A stretch of DNA of 64,000 nt from NCBI RefSeq assembly GCF_036365525.1, contig NC_090416.1, forward strand, positions 16,464,945 through 16,528,944. Direction: 5' to 3'. The notes below the pieces were generated by a model. That model saw only the letters and a program-made list of their open reading frames with translations. It was not told the DNA's origin and did not search any database. Positions within the stretch are counted from its first letter, which is position 1. Every line of letters begins with the position of its first letter. Both the position numbers and the translations under genes were made by a program. The stretch is from Heterodontus francisci (lineage: Eukaryota). Positions 60,249 through 64,000 of the stretch are shown one piece after another.

Positions 60249-61223
60249 ACAGGGAGGGTTGAGAGGAGCAGGGGCGGCGGGGGGGTGGGGGGGGGGGGGG
60301 TGGTGGACCAGACCAGATTTTTTTTATTGAGCCTCTATTGGTCCCCAATTAAACATTTCCATGTATTTATTTCCACCGAGTTGAGGGTTAATTCACAATA
60401 ATTTCTGATTTTAACCCCCCCTTCTCATGTCATGAGTGTGAGATTTAAAAGAACAACTGTAGAAATTGCACATTTTATCCCAGATGGTCAAAGACAAAAG
60501 CCCTTCAGAATCCAGTGCCTTGAATTCATCCAGAACAAGTTTAACCCAGCGATAGTTAAGGATTTGTTTTTTTTTATATTTGGGTCTGCAATGTGTACTT
60601 AAACACATATCTTTATATCCAACACGCTGGTGTTTGAAACAAAGCAGTTCATTGGAAGGATTGGAATGGAAGAGATTGACTGGACTGCTTCTCTGAGCTG
60701 CTCTTTTTTCCTATCCGCCACTGTACAAGTGCACTGCTTGTCCTGGCGTTTGAGCCGAGTGTCGGGTCAAAACACTCGTTTCTCACTCAGGCCGACGTTC
60801 AGAAACAGCCAGAATCAACTCCAATATCCGTTTTAATTGGTAATGCAACGAGGAGTGAGATTCTGACCGGGCAAGCTGACTGCTCGGCTAGTTTCTGTGT
60901 TGTGTCCGGATCCTGTGTTAAGTCCAGTTTCAATGAAATGTGTTTTCCTGCTGCAACAGTTCCTGCCCTGACTTTTTTTTGTTGCAACTAAACCACATGT
61001 ATCGGAACCTCAGTCCCAGGAATACATTTGTTTTAACATTCCATTTCAGATGTTTTATGTCAATCACTCGATGCCAAGGGAAAACGTTCAACACGTTGCT
61101 CGTGAGAGGAGTTAGTTTCTTTAAAATGAATATTTTCTATCTTTTTATTTCAAATGCACTTAATTGGATGTGGACATCACTTGGCCCTGCCCGCATTTAT
61201 TGCCCATCCCTCATTGCCGTTGA

Positions 61224-61576
61224 GGGCGGCACAGTGGCGCAGTGGTTAGCATTACAGCCTCACAGCTCCAGGGACCCGGGTTCGATTCCGGGTACTGCCT
61301 GTGTGGAGTTTGCAAGTTCTCCCTGTGTCTGCGTGGGTTTTCTCCGGGTGCTCCGGTTTCCTCCCACAAGCCAAAAGACTTGCAGGTTGATAGGTAAATT
61401 GGCCATTATAAATTGTCACTAATATAGGTAGGTGGTAGGGTAATATAGGGACAGGTGGGGATGTTTGGTGGGAATATGGGATTAGTGTAGGATTAGTATA
61501 AATGGGTGGTTGATGTTCGGCACAGACTCGGTGGGCCGAAGGGACTGTTTCATTGCTGCATCTCTAATCTAATCTA
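61224..61576 (+). mobile_element. Same V-SINE insertion in unit D
   Basis: Same site (gttgag|aaggtgg) and near-identical sequence to 29505-29856. Confidence 0.85.
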
Positions 61577-62569
61577 AAGGTGGTGGTGGAGTCGCCTTCT
61601 TGAACTGCTACAGTGCAGTGGTTTTTGTACAACAGAACTGAGGGCAGTTAAGAGTCAACCACATTGCCGTGGGTCTGGAGTCACATGTCGGCCAGACTAG
61701 GTGAGGACGGCAGATTTCCTTCCCTAAAAGGACATTTGTGAAACAGATGGTTTTTTGTTAATGAACATTCAATTTATGGTCACCATTACTGAGACTAGGT
61801 TTCAATTCCAATTTTTCTTTTAATTAATTAGTTGAATTTAAATTCCATGGTGGGATTTGAACTCGTGTCTCCAGAGCATTATCCTGGGCCTCTGGATTAG
61901 TAATATCTAGTGACATTACTACTACGCCACCTTGTGATGGATCAATATTAATTCTAGAAATGTGATAGGATTTGAGCCAGTGAAAGGGAGAGTGTGGGAA
62001 AAAGAACAGCAGGGAAGGTATGTGACACGGGTGGAGGGCAGGAGAGATTAAATGACAAAAAGGGTTTCAAGGTGCAAAGCCAAAGAGAGTGGTAATAAAA
62101 GATGTGTCTGGAGGAGGTGTGAATGGCAGCTACTGAAAACAAGGTAAAGGAAATAAGAGGTCAACAAGAGAGATAAAATAACAAATCAGCAAAGAAATGG
62201 GCAACAAAAATTAGGGCAGGGGGGTTACAAACTAAAATTGTTGAATTCATTGTTGTGTCCGGAAGGCTGTAGAGTGCCCAGTCGAAAGATGAGGTGCTGT
62301 TCCTGGAGTTAGCCTCCGATTACTGACATGTTCAGTCAAGTCAGTGTCGACTAGCTGCCCCCTAGACAGAGAATTTGACCCTTCCCCATTAAAAATCCAT
62401 TTCTGATTGGTCTCCACAGCAGAAACAGACCCACCTCCCTCCCCTCCCACCAGCAGATTCTCTAGGTTCCTTTTCAACTAACCCTAACCTGCATTACTAT
62501 AGAGATCTCAGGATGTCCTCAAGACAGAAAAATAAACACCTGTTTTGAAGTCTGGCCATTGTAACATCG

Positions 62570-62706
62570 TAACCCAATGCACAATGGAAATAAATATTTG
62601 GAAATGTTTACTCAGGGACAAATATATTTTTAATAAAGTGTTTTCCCCTGCTCCCCTTGACCCCCTCCCTGTATTTGCATATTGACTAATATATAGATAC
62701 TAGTAT
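62570..62706 (+). promoter_or_regulatory. Inverted promoter paralog, unit D (octamer 62673-62680)
   Basis: Copy of 13795-13931; has TATATA after the octamer. Confidence 0.65.
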
Positions 62707-63185
62707 TCTCCGGGTTCCCGGAGTTACAGTAATCTTGTTGAAGTGAAAGCACAATTGCTAAATGTGTGAGAAGCTGAACTCAGCTTTGCCCATGTAGTTG
62801 AATGGAGAGTGCACATATGTAGTTGAATAGAGTCATCCACGTATGTAGTTAAATGGAGTGTGCCAGTGTGTAGTAAAATGGGGTTGTGCACATGTCTAAT
62901 GGAAAGCAGTTCAGCACCTCCAGGTTCATAGAATCTCTCACTTTGCACAGCAGATGTCACATGGCTGCAGCTTTGCCCAGGGAGCCTACCCGGTTCACAC
63001 AGGATAGGCCAGGTGTTAAAGCAAGAGCATTTGGTGCTGCCTATTGAAGCTTGCACAGCGGTTAAAGGAAAATACAATTAATGTTCACAAGATGGGAATC
63101 TTGTAATTTGTTAGCCATGGCCTCGTGGGTTCAAGTCCCAATCCAGAGACTTGAGCACAAAAAACAGTCTCACATTCTCCGTGTA

Positions 63186-64000
63186 GTACTGATGGAGTGC
63201 TGCACTGTCGGAGGGTCAGTACTGAGGGAGTGCTGCACTGTCGGAGGGTCAGTACTGAGGGAGTGCTGCACTGTCGGTGGGTCAGTACTGAGGGAGTGCT
63301 GCACTGTCGGAGGGTCAGTACTGAGGGAGTGCTGCATTGTCAGAGGGTCAGTACTGAGGGAGTGCTGCACTGTCGGAGGGTCAGTACTGAGGGAGTGCTG
63401 CACTGTCAGAGGGTCAGTACTGAGGGAGTGCTGCACTGTCGGAGGGTCAGTACTGAGGGACTGCGGCACTGTCGGAGGGTCAGTAGTGAGGGAGTGCTGC
63501 ACTGTCGGAAGGTCAGTACTGAGGGAGTGCTGCACTGTCGGAGGGTCAGTACTGAGGGAGTGCTGCACTGTCGGTGGGTCAGTACTGAGGGAGTGCTGCC
63601 CTGTTGGAAGGTCAGTACTGAGGGAGCGCTGCACTGTCGGAGGGTCAGTACTGAGGGAGTGCTGCACTGTCGGAGGGTCAGTACTGAGGGAGTGCTGCAC
63701 TGTCGGAGGGTCAGTACTGAGGGAGTGCGGCACTGTCGGAGGGTCAGTACTGAGGGAGTGCTGCACTGTCAGAGGGTCAGTACTGAGGGAAAGCTGTATT
63801 GTCAGAGGGTCAGTACTGAGGGAGTGCTGCACCGCCAGAGGGTCAGTTCTGAGGGAGTGCGGCACTGTCGGAGGTTCAGTACTGAGGGAGTGCCGCACTG
63901 TCAGAGGGTCAGTACTGAGGGAAAGCTGTATTGTCAGAGGGTCAGTACTGAGGGAGTGCTGCACCGCCAGAGGGTCAGTTCTGAGGGAGTGCGGCACTGT
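63186..64000 (+). repeat. 33-bp minisatellite, >24 copies, runs off the window
   Basis: Direct reading. Confidence 0.95.

Larger units (their letters stand above)
1..64000. repeat. Head-to-tail tandem array of four ~15.2-16.7 kb units, each an Ig light-chain cluster plus a CR1 LINE plus shared flanking repeats (approx. units: A 1-15919 truncated, B 15920-32625, C 32626-48323, D 48324-64000)
   Basis: The C-exon stop codons recur at 9052, 25764, 42267 and 57502 (periods 16712, 16503, 15235). Nearly every ORF in the ORF track recurs in the same order and orientation. Confidence 0.97.

Overview
This is eukaryotic DNA from a cartilaginous fish; the cluster geometry matches the horn shark (Heterodontus) type I light-chain genes. 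The window is a head-to-tail tandem array of four ~15.2-16.7 kb units. Each unit carries one compact, unrearranged immunoglobulin light-chain cluster on the minus strand: octamer promoter, leader, V with 12-RSS, J with 23-RSS, a single C exon and a poly(A) signal, about 2.63 kb from ATG to stop, with V and J about 380 nt apart. The isotype is most likely type I/NS5/sigma-cart. Each unit also has a decayed CR1 LINE on the plus strand (near full length in units B-D, cut by the window start in unit A; zinc-finger/esterase ORF1, APE-RT ORF2), older CR1, SINE and Penelope fragments, 33-bp and 39-bp minisatellites and TCTA microsatellites (partly N). Less obvious signals: (1) a candidate kappa/lambda-style 3' enhancer (EICE, E-boxes, RUNX, CRE) ~3 kb downstream of every C exon; (2) an inverted paralog of the Ig octamer promoter ~2.1-2.5 kb upstream of every V promoter; (3) a canonical U_UUA_AAC -1 frameshift heptamer at the CR1 ORF1/ORF2 junction; (4) a degenerate Penelope-type hammerhead ribozyme in the J-C intron; (5) a patchwork of shared variants showing recombination or gene conversion between units. 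All comparisons were made by eye, and repeat boundaries are approximate.
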